This document shows positions 39,714-54,603 of a stretch of DNA of 64,000 nt, one piece after another. Under the pieces are notes generated by a model, which made no database searches, was not told where the DNA came from, and was given only the letters and a program-made list of their open reading frames with translations. The position numbers were made by a program, and so were the translations under genes. Positions within the stretch are counted from its first letter, which is position 1. Each line of letters opens with the position of its first letter. Source of the DNA: Euprymna scolopes (taxonomy: Eukaryota); NCBI GenBank assembly GCA_053919585.1, contig CM132797.1; one strand, given 5' to 3'.

Positions 39714-40609
39714 TGTATCTATTGATTACTTTCTCTAGACAACTATATAAATAAACATAATAAAATAAACATCCTGAAAGAAATATAATAAACACCTTCC
39801 ATATATAAGTCATCACTTTTCTAAGTGATTGCATTTTTAAATTACGTTTTCATGCACGTATAATAATAACTTAAATCACGACCATCTTACCTATCTTATG
39901 AAAGCAGCAACAGATATATCGTTCCTAAATTGTCCTTAGTTTGCTTTTATTTGGAAAGAAATGTGTCTTTTTTCGGTCACTTATTTAAAATACTTTTGAT
40001 TTGGAAAATATATGTTCACTCAAAATCACTTAAATATTTCTGTGTTTGGTCTTCTAATAAAGTCGCATTAGATTTCTATTTATTCGAATTGAAAATATTC
40101 CAATACTGTTTCAACTTTCACATCAAATTGTGTAGGAAAAATTGAAATCATTTTTATGCAAACAGAAGTCAGCAAAACATAACATACATTCGTTTCGCAA
40201 ATCCTGAATTACATTTTCAAATAGCTCCACGCTATGAGATCCATTTTCTTTGATTGCTAAGAAATAATTATAACTTAAATTTGAAAGTTATTTTTCCCAA
40301 ACACAAGTTTTTTGTCAAAGGTCGCAAAATTAATATAAATCTCATTTATAAAGTAAATCTTACTTTGACGTAGTAGTGTTAAATGATTCATATGCATGAG
40401 AATATACCTAATCAATGCTTAAAATTATGTCGTTTTTTTGTGTTTATTTTTAAATATCCGAGCCTATTTTCTCATAAATGAATAACTGGTGGTACCTCCG
40501 TAGAACGCTTGATTATTTACACTTATTATTCATTATTGTAAATGGAATATTATTTTCTTTTTTGTAATAAATAAATACGGATCGCACTGATCACAATCAT
40601 TTAATTATA

Positions 40610-40686
40610 CAGGGTGTTTCAAAAGTCTTGGGAACATAACGAGATATACACATTTGTAATGTTCCCAAGACTTTTGAAACACCCTG
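40610..40686. mobile_element. 77-bp Tc1/mariner-type MITE
   Basis: Perfect 28-bp TIRs CAGGGTGTTTCAAAAGTCTTGGGAACAT (40610-40637 and 40659-40686), TA on both sides. Confidence 0.9.
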
Positions 40687-42769
40687 TATTTGGGCATTTA
40701 AAACATTCTAATTGTTATTCAATTAATAAGAAATAGCAAAACTTTAATAAATGACATAAATAACCTACTTAGAAATGTACAGCGTGCCCCCCAAAAGTAA
40801 AACATTTTTGCTTGAGAAAAGAATGATATTATATAAAGAAAAACATGAAATATAGAAATATCCAGTGATTTACATATAGTAAGAAATAACCGATAGGTAG
40901 TCGCTGTTGGAGGAGAAAGATAAAAAGCCAACTGAGGCGACATTGTCCCTTTTAAGGCGGTCATCACCTACAATCTGGCGTAGGTCGGGCGATCTAATCA
41001 CACATTTTTTATGTTGTTTTTTTTTTAAATTTCTCGCGCAAAAATAGGTGTGATTACTTATTTTTGTAGTATTTTTTAGAAGGCAGTATTAACATTAAAT
41101 TGAATGGATCAGAGAAAGGTAGCGGTAGGCCTTTTGTTAAATACGAATGAGTTGTCTCTCATGTTAAAAATAAAATCCTTGGTAATCTAACTCGATTCAA
41201 GACCAACATGTATTAGCGGGCATGATATATTCAGTATTTCTGATTATAGCAGATACCTCCATTGCATGAATATTTTCGTTTTTTTTTCAAACACAGCGTT
41301 CGTGCTGGCACTAGAAGTAGGTATGGTGCGTGTGACCCTATTACAAGTAGATGATTGTGCAATACGTTTTTCACATGTTACTCTCTACACAGGATTTATT
41401 GCTTTTAACTTCGAGGTACTTTATCTGCTCACTCTATCGTAAGGCTTAAAAATGTTAAAGGGAGTATAACTAGCGCAACGTTTTTCCCTTAAGGTTATAT
41501 AGATTTGCGCAAGGCCGAAAGGATCATTAAGGAATTATACTATCCACTTACACGAATGCATACAGCGCTTAGTTTTCCTAAATGGTCACCTATCCCGAGA
41601 ACTTCTGCTCAATCCTGATTGTGCTGTTTATCGTTTGCCATTTGTTCATCAGATAATCCCAACGTCCTTAAGTTAGTTCTTTCTGAAAATTGTGACCTGA
41701 CATTTTCAAACAATTTGCGGAGTGTAAGTATGATTAGATGCAGCACTCTATTCAGATAGTTGGACATTTTTTGAACAATACCATAAAATGCTTATTTATG
41801 TTTTTATTGACTACTATGGCGAGTAGAAAAACAGAAAATGCAAGTTGAACAAACATTTACACAATGTAAGCATTTTGTGTTTAATTTATTTCAATTAACG
41901 TTCCGTTTGCTAATAAATAATTAGATGCCAATATATCAATTTAATACTCGCCAAAAGCACATAATTTTTTCGAATTTTTTTTTCATTTTGTGATTTTTAA
42001 CATTTTTGTTACAATGAGAACCAATCACATTTTAGGAGAATTTAACGCGTCACAAACAAAATACATGTTAAGCCTTAGCTATCATTACTGATGAATCGAC
42101 ATATTTTCCTTCTTTGCGATATTTAAAATGTTTATTTTATGGGATTTGCTACTCTTCAATTAAAACGTTTTAGTTCAGCATTTAACNNNNNNNNNNNNNN
42201 NNNNNNNNNNNNNNNNNNNNNNNNNNNNNNNNNNNNNNNNNNNNNNNNNNNNNNNNNNNNNNNNNNNNNNNNNNNNNNNNNNNNNNNNNNNNNNNNNNNN
42301 NNNNNNNNNNNNNNNNNNNNTGTTTTAACTTATGTTCCTATCTCAGTTATTTCACAACGTTTCTCTTTATGCAACATTCAGCCTTCTTCATGTATATCTT
42401 GTTGAATTCGATCAACGAGCGTGTTGTTTATTTAATACACTATCTTACTTAATTCTGTCAGCCATAACTGAATAAGTTTCCTAAGTAATGTGTAGTGGTT
42501 TTTTGAGTGTCGCTAGCACTGAGAATAGAACCATTAACCGAGTGTTACATACAAGTGAATTTTCTGAGTAATACTTCTACTACGCCAAGGACATGTGTGG
42601 ACAATTGTAGCATAACATTTACGAGAGTTACATCTATGTACATTTTTTAATTCAATCTTTATGCATTATTAGTGTTTTTTTATTAAATATTATTACTATA
42701 TATTTTTTATTTCTAATAAGTGACACCTACACCCAACCACCCACCCACACACCCCATCCCCCACACACA

Positions 42770-42816
<47 letters not shown>

Positions 42817-43149
42817 GTTAACTCTAGTAAGAGACCGTGGAATAGAAAACACGGAATACAGATGGGGTGTGAGAAAGATATATTAAAAAGGTTACAAAGA
42901 TAAGATAAGGTGTAAGCGAATTTTACAATCCGATAATGTCCGATTTGGATAGATTTACGCGCTGCACACTATTGTACGGTATTACGATACTGAACGCTTA
43001 ATGTTGTTATCACACATTGTTTTACATAATACTGCAAGTGTCCATGATGCATGTAAGCTTCGGTCTTACAGAAAACACTTTTTCCAAAAGTATTTTTTTC
43101 TTTTTGGAAATAAGGAGTAAAAACGGGGCAAATACATCTGTTTAAAATT

Positions 43150-45200
43150 ATTCCCCTTCGGATATTTGTAGAGTTGTTGCGTAGATTTGATTTTTCTTTC
43201 CGGCACTGCACAGCCGAAGAGATTTGAAGCGTGCCGAGATCGAAGTGATCGAATATTTTGTCCATCGGATATTAGCAGGTATTTTGTGATGATTACTTAA
43301 ACATAGCGTATTCGTATTTGATTGGATTTTTTTTACTTATAATGTAGGTGCTGGCCATTCGCTAAAATCTATTTTGATACAATACTTGCTTGTTCAAGTC
43401 GATCAAATTCTCTGTCTATTTGCTCTAGATCAGCGAAAGGAACATTCTGTTTCTTATTCAATTACAGATGGTGCACCGTCTTTTATCTTGAGCGTAACTT
43501 TTAATTTAGAACATTTCACAAGGCATCCAGAAAAATAAATCCTGGGCAGATCATTGTTGAGTACCTTTTAAAAGTTATTCGAATTCGACGTTGTACACTC
43601 TATATTTCAAAAAAGCTACTAATCAGACGACCCCATGGATTGAATGTATCTATGTAATCTGTTCCTAACAAGTTATGCGAACATTTTAGTACCTAGACTT
43701 TCAGTGTTTTTTAGTCCGTTTACAGTTACTGTCAGAGTGACCATGTATAAGATGTTAATATTCTCGCCAGTTATAGATTTTGTGGTTTGTAAAGTGCTCA
43801 ACAGCGATCCCCAATTTGGAATCCCTCGTATTGGGCCATTAAATGCTTCTGACCCTATTGAAACTGCGATGGCTGATAATCGTCTTCTGCAGAGCGCTTT
43901 AACAATATTCCCAGCGTTGCAGGCTTTGTGTCGATTTCCACTAAAAATCAATTAGCTTCGCATGCAAGCAAAAAATGTATAAAAAATCAGAGATGTTCTA
44001 GTCTACTTAAAAGTTAATTCACGAACATTAAAGGTGTTTACATATGTACGATTATCAGTCAGTTTTCATCTTATATAAGGGTTGTGTGATTGTCGTCATA
44101 TACGACTGTTGATGTTTAAAATATCATCAGCCACGCTGAAATTTAATGAATATATTAAAAATTTAACTAGTCACTTATTTTCTTAACTTTCCCTTGACTA
44201 TGTTGACTGATATAGCTTTAGTAATTTTAATTTGGAATTGACCCGCTGTTTGAGCACTACACCACTAAGTTAATTTATGACCGTTTTTATTTTACTGTTT
44301 ACAATAGATTCTCATGATTGGGCATGATATCGTCCAACGATGTTTACCTAAAGAATAACATTATTTGGGTGACTTCTTAAAGTTATTCTTGTTTATATTT
44401 TGGGCTTCATGAAAAAAATCCTATTTGATTTTTGATGGGGATATGCGGTTCAATTATGAGCAACACATAAATCCCCGATCGATTTTAAGTTATATTTAAA
44501 AAATGTCTCTTTTACAGTCCTCTGGCCATTTTTTCAATCTTTGTCAGTTTTCAAGTTTGGTCAGTACGCGTTGTCCGACTTCGACGTCTTCTCTTGATAC
44601 TAGGACTTGTGCAATTATTAGCACTTGTAATAATCGGCAGTAAGGTCGGATAATTTGTAATCATTAAAATGCTTGTTCGCCGATTCTGCAAGCGGTAGGA
44701 AATCTTCCTGGTTGTCCCTGACCATGTTCAAATGTTTGTGGAACAAAGTTGTGTTAGTTCCGAATAATACCGAGAGGAGTCTCTGAAAAATCCAATTGCG
44801 TAGTTTCTTTTGTAATATGAAATTCACAATCCACTATTTGGTAGTTCCCAGTTTCCATTATAGCAGACATAACTTTTCCCTAGGTGATTGTTCAAGGTCT
44901 ACGTTGAAAATATCTACATAGCGCCTGTAAATGGGCTCGAATGGTTTGCAGTACTCTTCACGTAGTCTGATGTTTCAATCGAGTTTTAGATTTTACTCTG
45001 GAAAAATTCGTGTCGTTTACAGTGTTTTAAAGTCATTTAATAGATTAAAAAATAACTATGTGTGTTTGATGTAGTTCAGTTTACTGAACTGTAAGCTGCT
45101 GGAATTTTAATGTTTGTTCATGTAACCTTATAAGAATTGTAATCTTTCTTCTATTATTCGTTGGTGGAGATGCTGACTTTGTTCCAAGCGTTGCTGTCTT
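43150..45200 (-). mobile_element. Decayed, internally deleted Gypsy element (gag, protease, RT start joined to pol C-terminus)
   Basis: NKHFNDYKLSDLTADYYKC (gag, paralogous to 47016-47070); NLLGTDYIDTFNPW; VPFADLEQIDREFDRLE..FSEWPAPT; then NQIRIRY..PMDKIFDHFD. Confidence 0.8.
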
Positions 45201-45591
45201 TCAACTGACTTTTGTAGGTATAGCAACTGCTTTACTTTGAATTGTTGTTGATTATCTATCTATGTGTGTATACCCTTAGCATTTGGACGATTATTTTATG
45301 GAAATTTCATTATTTAAATAAGAAAAATATGACCACGATTTTTCAATATGTAGAATTATATAAGGCAGCAGCAACAATAAAATGCCAGCTTTTTCTGTTG
45401 ATTGGAAGAGCCGTGTACAACGAGCAAGTACGCAACAAAAAATAGAGTCACTTTGTGTGTGTGTGGGGGGGACATACACAACATTATAACCACAAAGAGG
45501 GACTTGTCTATTAAGCATATAATCATCAATTCTAGACAGCTCAGTGAGAGCTATCCCGGATGTCGTAGAGAGAAGACTTCTTATGAATTTA

Positions 45592-47240
45592 CTAACTTTT
45601 TCTGTACCATTAACCCTTGCTTGATATAAATGTTCTTCTTGTTCTCACCCAGTTGTCATCTTCCTACTTTCACCGTTTCCGGCTCCAGTACAACGCCGAC
45701 AAAGATATAAAATAACATTTTAACGATCCACGCGCAAAACATTCAACTGTCAAACGTATGAAATTGTCAATTGTAAACTTTCTAGGTTACAATGCAAAAC
45801 CACAAAAGTTCAACGACGGAAAATCACAGTGTAAAAAAAGAGAAGACTACAGCACTAACATTTATCTACTCCAGGAAATTGTAAGTAGAATTTCTTTTTA
45901 CATCCTTTGCTAAAAAAAGAAGAAAACACAATCTTGTTTTAAGTTGACATAAAATGTGTTGGCCCAATTGTTTATGCAATTACATATGCACTTTATGTTG
46001 GAATATTTTTTTCTTTTGTTACTAGAAATTTGGGAAATGAATTTTTGTTTTATGATAAAGTGGCTATTGTTGACCGACTAGTTGTTCGTTTTTTTTTTTT
46101 TGTAAAACCGTAACTTTACAGAACATAAGTCGACTTGTATATTGTATATTGGGTGTGTTATATTGTATATTTTATGTGCCATACGTTGTATGTTTATGTT
46201 GTATATTGTATATTGTGTGCTGTATATTGTATATAGTATATTGTATATTTTTGGTATCTACGGTAAACCAACGAGTAAATAAGTGTATGCAAAATTAAGC
46301 CATAATTTTTACATTTTTGCAACAGTTAGTGAAGAGTAGTCCAGAAATTATAAAAGTTTTCCATGCTGTGACTTAAGTTTAGGTTACAAATTCCCTTAAA
46401 AGCATGCCTTTTTTTTCGAGAAAATAAAATAAAAATAGACACAATGGAATATGTGAAAGAGACGAAAACACGTCAAATTGTATTTCAAATAGCCAAGCAA
46501 AAAGAGCTGATGATAGACTACGGCAGGCAGAAGTCAGACTGATCCAAATGCAAAAGAAAGCTGATGACAGGCTCTTTGCATTACAAACAGAATAGAAAGA
46601 GAAAACTGAAGCTTTGCTCCAGGTTTTAATGAATATGAATATAGCTACAGAAAGCGATACACCATTTCCCCAGAGTGCGGTACTCAGTACAATAATTTCA
46701 CCTACTATCCCGAAGAACATCAAATGTTTGAAACGTATTCCGACGATATGAAGATCTGTACAATATCCACTGTGAAAATTGGGCAGCGAAAAAAACAAGA
46801 AGCGCTTTGCTACTCAGCAAATTAGGGACTGCAGAACACGACAAATTCGTCGACTATATCTTGCAACAAAAGACTAGCGATCTGATGTTTACGGAAACCG
46901 TAAAATGACTAACTGAACTATTCAGCTCAAAGACATCGTTGCGTCACAGACGGTGAAAATGCGTGCACCTTACGAAAAAAACGATGTGGACTACTTGACT
47001 CCTACCTCTACAGTCAACAAACACTTTGACAATTTCAAACTGTCAGAATTGAGTGCTGATGATTTCAAGTGCCTCATATTCACCCAGGGTTTAACTTCGA
47101 TAAGAAACTCAGAGATTTGTCAGAGAGTTTTGTCAACACTCGAAAGTGAATCAGACCTTACTGTACAAAAGCTGGCGGAAGATTGTCAAAGGCTCATTAG
47201 TACCAAGAAAACTCAAAGAACATCGAATAATCTTATATAA

Positions 47241-47299
<59 letters not shown>

Positions 47300-50200
47300 G
47301 AAAAATTAAGGGGTAATCTAATAAGAAACAAAACGGAAACTGGACTCTATCTTCCATTCTAGCACGATAGACAAGGTAGCCAGACGCCTTCACCCCCTTG
47401 TTTTCGCTACGAAAACTTGCATTGGTTAAAGTATTGCCGCTCTTGTAGTAAATAATGTTTTAATTGCAAAAAATAGTACACAAAAGTCCACACTTCAAAC
47501 GGCAGACGAAAAGTAAAGTTCGGGTTTAACAGACGAAAATGAATAAGAAAGATAAAAATAACAGTCGAAAATGCGCTTAAGTTAGAATTTTAGACAAGGA
47601 AGTTTAATTGCAATTAGACTCCCTGTCCGAATTATCGATAATAAATTTAGGAACGTTGAGAAATTTTAATAGGCCGACCATGCATACAACTGGCAAGTCA
47701 GCAAAAACGGTAACTGGAAAAAATACATTTGGAAGGATAACTTAGTACAAATGTAACTTTTAATGGTACAACGAACAAACTGAAATTATGTGTGCTCAAG
47801 AACACGGAAAATATATTTAGGACCGACTGGTTTTAGGAATTTAATCTGTGGGATGTAACGATAAACACTTTTTGCCAAAAAGTATAATCGTATTCTACAG
47901 AAAAACAAGAACTTAAAGATGATCTAAAAAAAGCTTTTACCTGAATTTTTTGCAGCTGTTTGGGTAAATGTAGGAAAGCTACAGCCAAATTTTAACTGAA
48001 ACCCCATGCAGGCCCAGGTTTAGAAAACGATGGAACGCACCATTCGCTTCGCTAGAAAAAATCAATGGGAATCTTCAAACTACTCAAGACCGGCATCTTA
48101 TTTAAACTTGAATACAGCCAATGGGCAGCTCCAGTCGTCTATGTCCAAAGGAAATTGAAGGAAATTCACGTTTGCACTGATTATTTTACTGGGCTAAACG
48201 CCTTCTTGAAAGACTACTATTACCCACTGCCTAGTCCAGATGAGATTTCCGCGAATCTGGACGGAGGTAAGATGTTCTCTAAGGTATTTTTTCTTCAGAT
48301 TCCGGTTAAGAAAAATCGCTAAAAGCTACTTTGCATAAACACGCACAGACGTTTATACCAATTTGAGAGGCTATCATTGTGGAGCAAGGTTGCTCCGGTT
48401 ATTTTATAAGAAATAGTGGATACTGTGCTAGATGGACTTGATTTCGCAACTGCATACTTGGTCGATAATATTATCATCATCAAATCTTATAACAATATAG
48501 AGATCACATACAGAAACGTATTTTCACGGATACAGGATTTCAGTTTCAAAGTAAAAAAAAGGAAAGTATGATTTTTTCCTACAAGGAAATAAATGCCTAT
48601 GATTCATAAATGACAAAGAGGGAACCAGACTAGATCCTGACAGATCAACTGCAATAAAGAACATGCCAACTCCCGGGAACGTCACCGAACTACAAAGCAC
48701 TCAACGACTGGTAAACTATTACCACTCATTTATTCCCAACATGCATAATATGAAACGTTTGAAGAAAGATCGTACTTAATGGACATCTGAATGCCAGGAG
48801 GTATTCAAAATATACAAAATGCACTGACGTCCGACCTATCTCTTACAAATTACAACCGACAATTGGATATCATAGTGGCCGGCGACGCAAGCTCTGATGA
48901 CATAGGCATTTGCATATTACACAAAATGTCGGATAGAAACAAGAAACTAGTGGCACATGCTTTACACACTTTATTACCTTCGGGAAAGCATCACTCACAG
49001 ATCGAGAATGAAGCCCTCGAAACAATATTTGCAGTAACACAGTATCATCACTATGTGCATCGAAGATTTTTTCTGTTTGCAAACTTAATATAAACCGATT
49101 CTAACAATCTTCGGATCGAAGAAAGGACTACATGTGTATACAGCAAACGGATTGCTGAGATGGGGTACGATATTACTTGACTATAACTTTAAGCTAGAAT
49201 ACCTTCCCTCACAACAAATTGGTAATGCTGACGGATTGTCGAGGTTAATTCTAAGTCAAAGCGAACCACAAGAATACACTGTCATCGCTTCTTTAAAAAT
49301 CGACAGCGAGATCAATAATCTGATGCTTAACAGGATTAAAGAATAAACCAGTTGCCCTACATGAAACAGAATGCTAATCCCAAGAAGATGAATGCTCCAC
49401 AAAACAGAAGATCCTGGAAACACATCGACAGATCGCGGACATTTTCTCCTTGCGTTTTAATGTTCTATTATATATTGAAAGGTTTGTTATACCTAAGACT
49501 TTACAGAAACGAATACTTAGAGATTTGTCCACAGGTCATCCAAGAAAGAATAGTATGAACACTCTTATGCAGAGTAATGTATAGTTGCCAAATATGGATT
49601 TACACATCTCAAATTTGGTGGATTCTTGCAAGGGTTGTTCTCTAGCAGCTAAAGCACAACCAATCACCTAGAAACCATGGCCAAAGACAGACCCAACTTT
49701 TATCAAGAATACATGCGGATTTCGCAGGACCAAGGGAGGATGTCTACTACTTCATTGTAGGTGATTACTATTCGAAATATCTAGAAGTACTAAGATGCTA
49801 GATACCCACCACAGGGGTCACTATTGTTTTCTTTTATGAACTTTTTGCACGATTTGGCGTTGTCGATTGCTTAGTCAGCGACAACAGGACACAGTTTACA
49901 TCAACTGATTATAAAAAATTCTGCGACAGTTTTCAAATAAAACACATCAATATACCTCCGTATTATCCGAAATCTAATGGGCAGGCAGGACGTTTCGTAG
50001 ACACGTTTAAAAGACCATTAAAGAAAGCTTCTGAAACATCTTCGGATAAGACCTTACAACAGTTCCTTCAGGGTTTCAGGATCACACCGAACCCGAATAC
50101 ACCTGAAGCCACGTCTCCTGCAGATACCATGTTTACGCGAAAAATACGACCAGTCTTCGAAAAACTACTGCCAAAACAAGCAAATTTCGGTAGGAAAACT

Positions 50201-50632
50201 ACTGTTACTATAAAAAAATGTCACTCAGAAAAAAATCTTTCTTTAAAGCATACGGAAACAATGCATTGTTTTGGGAACAGGGAACAGTTGTCAAAACAAT
50301 CGGAAACACAACCTGTATCGTTCTAGGCCCTACCACCACTCACAAGAGACACCTAAATCAAAGCAAACGTCGTCGTGACGATGGAAAAGACACACCTTAA
50401 GTCGAAAAAGAAGCTTGCAACACGTTGTATTATATGTTCGATATCGAGGCTCTCTTAGCAAACCTATAACAGCGTCGATCGACAAGGAAGAGAAAGGTTA
50501 CTGAACACCTTACCATCGATCCAAGAGACTTCCCACAGACGTACTAATCTTTTCTGTACCAGTAACCCTTGCTTGATATACATGTTCTTCTTATTCTCAC
50601 CAAGTCGTTGTGTTCCTACTTTCACCTATTTA
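45592..50632 (+). mobile_element. Decayed Ty3/Gypsy element (gag from ~46500, pol to ~50525) bracketed by ~90-bp direct-repeat LTR remnants; (TA)n at 47242-47294 inside gag
   Basis: LSELSADDFKCLIFTQGL; SQWAAPVVYV..VCTDYFTGLN..YPLPSP; VAGDASSDDIG; SQIENEALETIFAV; RWGTILLDYNF..GNADGLSRL; RIHADFAGP; SDNRTQF; YPKSNGQAGRFVDTFK; 45592-45680 matches 50543-50632. Confidence 0.9.
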
Positions 50633-53600
50633 CAGTTAATGTACCCATTAAAATTTTCTCAACACTTAATAATTTTTAACTAAAAAATGATGGTCGGAAT
50701 ACAAAAAGTAAAATGATTTTTGGAGGGCGCGTAACAAGTTCTTTTTCAAAGTGTTTGCAAGAAAGCAGTTTTCAGTTCTTCGCACATTCAAAGCAATTTT
50801 TTCATGGTCTTTACAGCTTGTTTGTTTCAATCACCATTTTGATGCATGGGAAAGAGAGAAAAGGAACTATTTTTCAGACAGAAGTAAAAAAAATTGTTGG
50901 AGTTTTTTTTTCTTGTTCTTTTGTATTATACCTTGCAATGTGTTTTAAAGAGAATAACTCACGTCGGTGAATTTATGGGGAAAATAATTTAATGAACATA
51001 ATCTTTTGAAAATATACTCAGCTCTATATCTATTATTTCTTTTTGCTGTGTTTGCAGTTTTGTGAATAGTATTTTCTAAAACTCGACTTGTAATACTTCA
51101 GCTCTTGAATTCGTCAGTTTTTTGTAAACAGCCTGCATTTTTGTGTAAGCAATAATTTTCGAGAATTCAGTTGACCGTTAAATTTTTTTAACAGACTTTA
51201 AAAAATATTAAATATTTCATAGGTATCGAATCACTTATTCGCCTCTGATTTTGTTAGCCGCCATATTATCTGTATCTAATAGTTAATGGTGTAATGCTAG
51301 CGCAATTTCTCCTTCAACACTGTTGTGTGGGGGAAACAGGTCCTCTCTCATTACTGATGAGGTGATGGCGAAATTATCAATGCAATTTTCGAATCCTTTT
51401 ATCTCGATTCATGTGGGACTTGTCAGGAATAAGTGTTTCGACGTGGGTGCGTTAACGAACAATTCTTTCGCTAATAAAGTCGACACAAAATAGAACACAA
51501 AATGAAAATACAAAACGCGGACAAGGTGTAAGAAATATATCTTTACAAAAGGTTAATAATTTGGGTAAAGGGTAAGCAGTGGTGCCCAAACTAGGTAGTT
51601 GTACGCGCTGGCCATAAGTAGTACTGTTGCTAATTGTATTGTATTACGATATTGCCACTTTAGAATGTTATCTCGCATCGTAATATAGTAGAAGAGATGA
51701 CGTTAAGTTTGGTCTCTCAACAATATATATGCATATTAGTATTTACATTATTTACCCGTAATATGCCTCATATTGTGTTAAATTCGATATTAGCACTATT
51801 TACCACATTATCCTCATCCAGCATATGCGCTGCTTATTTGACTAATCTTAACTTCCACAGTTCTTTAATTCTATAATTTTAGTTGAGTTATTTGGTATGT
51901 ATATGAATACATGTTCCATAGAACACATGCCTACAGAGAAAAACAGTTTTGATTCCAACTTCCTGTATTTCGCGAACATAAGACAACTAAAAATAACAAA
52001 CTATGCATCAAACATTGCATTTTGTGGTCCGTTTAAAATCACCGATTACCTACTTTCTCTCTCTTACTTTATTTTGTTAAAGCGTATATATATTTTTTTT
52101 TTACTTTTTGTCGTTTTTTTTACAATTTAAACCGTTTTAACTTGTAACTATCTTGTTGCTTAAACTTTCTTTAGAAGATCAAACAATAAAACCATCTCCA
52201 AGCATTTTTTCTCTGTTCTCACATATTCTTACATTTCTTGTTTTGTTTTTCCCATCAGACTGTTTAATCTAAAATTATTGATTTATTTGAATGCCCCATT
52301 ATCGCATTCATTATCATTGTTATAATCAGCAATGAATCGACTGATAGCAATCACCGTTTCGCTTCATGCGCTGACATTATTGGCTGTTCAATGAGCATAA
52401 ATCGATAGGCGATAGGTTTCCTTTGACCAGGTTTGCTATAGACGAGCTAAATAAGTGTAATAAATGATAAGACTACTTATACATTCATGAGTCCAGCAGG
52501 AAATGCACATACATTCGAACCGACGCAACGGACATACACACGCATACACACATTAAAATGTTGTCATTAGGAGTAATTGTCAAATATAATATACTGTAGC
52601 GAAGAGAAATTAGTGTATTTTCTAACTTTTTACCCAGAATCAAACACATACTTGATTCTATCTGGCATTTTATAGAGTTATATTTTGATATGGTTGAAAT
52701 CTAATTGATGTATTTAATGGAAAAATTATCTAATGTTTTTTTGAATTGTATCTCTTGCTTTGTTTTTGTCATTTTTCTAAAGTTATATGGATCACGTTAC
52801 ATAATATTTCTTGTGCTAGTATTAGCAATAATTGCAACACATTTGATTCAATCGAATAGAGTAACTTTACAGTGCTCCAATGTGAAGGTATGAAGCGGAA
52901 CAGATGGCTTAATCTTAGAACATAGGACGACCCTTATCCGTCAGCATTTAATATCCTATTTGCACGAGCAGCTATTTATGTACTTAGCTGCATGATTTTG
53001 TTTACATCCTCTGGTATTTCCATATGGGTTTTATATTTCCCTGAGTCGCCCTAATATGATATTACAGTATCGCCTTTACATGACCACTCTGATGGAAGTT
53101 TTCTGACCGTTACTACCATCGTACTCTCTTCTCTATCGTAACTCCCAAAATGTCAGAGAAAGGATAGCATAAGCTAACTCTTGCCAAACGTTGTCTTTTA
53201 TTGGGTAATTAGTAGACGAACCCGCTTATCCGAATACATTCAACGTCAAGTATTCCAAAATTACCACCCGTCTTACATTGGCCAGGCTAAATGTCGATTA
53301 ATGCCGTTGATCTTACAAGAAGCAATGTATCAACGTGATTGTGCCGAATATTAACATCCATTTTCATACAGAGTAAAACAATGAAATTTATATGGAAATT
53401 CAAATAAATTGTATGTAAGTTATTTAACAATTTTAAACAAGTGCACACAGGATAGAATTGTAGCACCTGCATTATGAAAACAGCATATTTATTTGGTAGT
53501 GTGACAGACAATATGAATATAATAGTGTGGCAATAACAATGGTGTCTAGCGAAAGGTACGCAACCTTGGTCTTATCTATCCGGAGCCATCACGAGTTGAA

Positions 53601-54603
53601 GAACGATTTTCTCCCTCTGGCTTCAGATTCCGCTCTCTCTGACTCCAGACCCTCGACTATTTTAAGCTCTCCTTAATTCAACACCATCTAGAGTGATCTC
53701 TACGTTGTGCTACGTCAGACTGTAGATTTCGAACTTATTTTTAAATTATTGTTTGTGATCTAACGTTATTTTCTATTAAAACATAACACAACTAATGTTA
53801 TTTGTAAATATTTATTTCAATATGATAACATTTTTTGACATTCTATTTCCATAAATACTAATAACAATAACGATAAACGTTAAGCAGCAAACCTTCCGGT
53901 ATTGCTCGACCAATATCCAATAATATGGCAAATCTTCACATGCCGACTATGATTAATATCTTTCTAATCTTATCTCTTTTTAGCATGTAATGGAGAAAAA
54001 GATGGTTAGTTACTTTTAATGCGTCAAAACCAAGCTTTTCATCCCTAATGCTCTGATCTCCACTTGTCCCTAACCGAGGGGAATTGCTTGTCTGAAAGAA
54101 GTGCGCTGTATTGACCAGCCTCTAAAACTGATCTTCGTTCCTGGTCTGAAATGGAAGACTCTGTTGGCAATGCACCCGGAAGATTTAAGGATTTATTGTC
54201 TAATATATTTCAATTAATATCCTATTTTTTAATAAATAATTCAAAAGATATTACACTAATCTCATACACGACAAAAAAGACACGAATTTATTAGAATGTT
54301 TTGAGCTTGTTTTTATTTGTGTACCAATTAGAATTTTCTCTTCTTAGTAGAAATCCGCCCTTTTCGAACTAAACAGACATGTTGTCATATTACTCATTAG
54401 TGACGAATCGTTCATATGGATATTTTTTGATTTCTTTTCTATTTTTGCCCATTTTTTTTATAAAGCTATTCCTGTATTTTATTATTTCACATTTCTTTTA
54501 ATTAAACATTATATTAAGATGTATGTTTTTTTAGAGTATTGTGTATATTATTTGAATAATTAGAAGTTCGGATTACTGTTTTTATCTTTGGCGTTTTTTT
54601 TAC

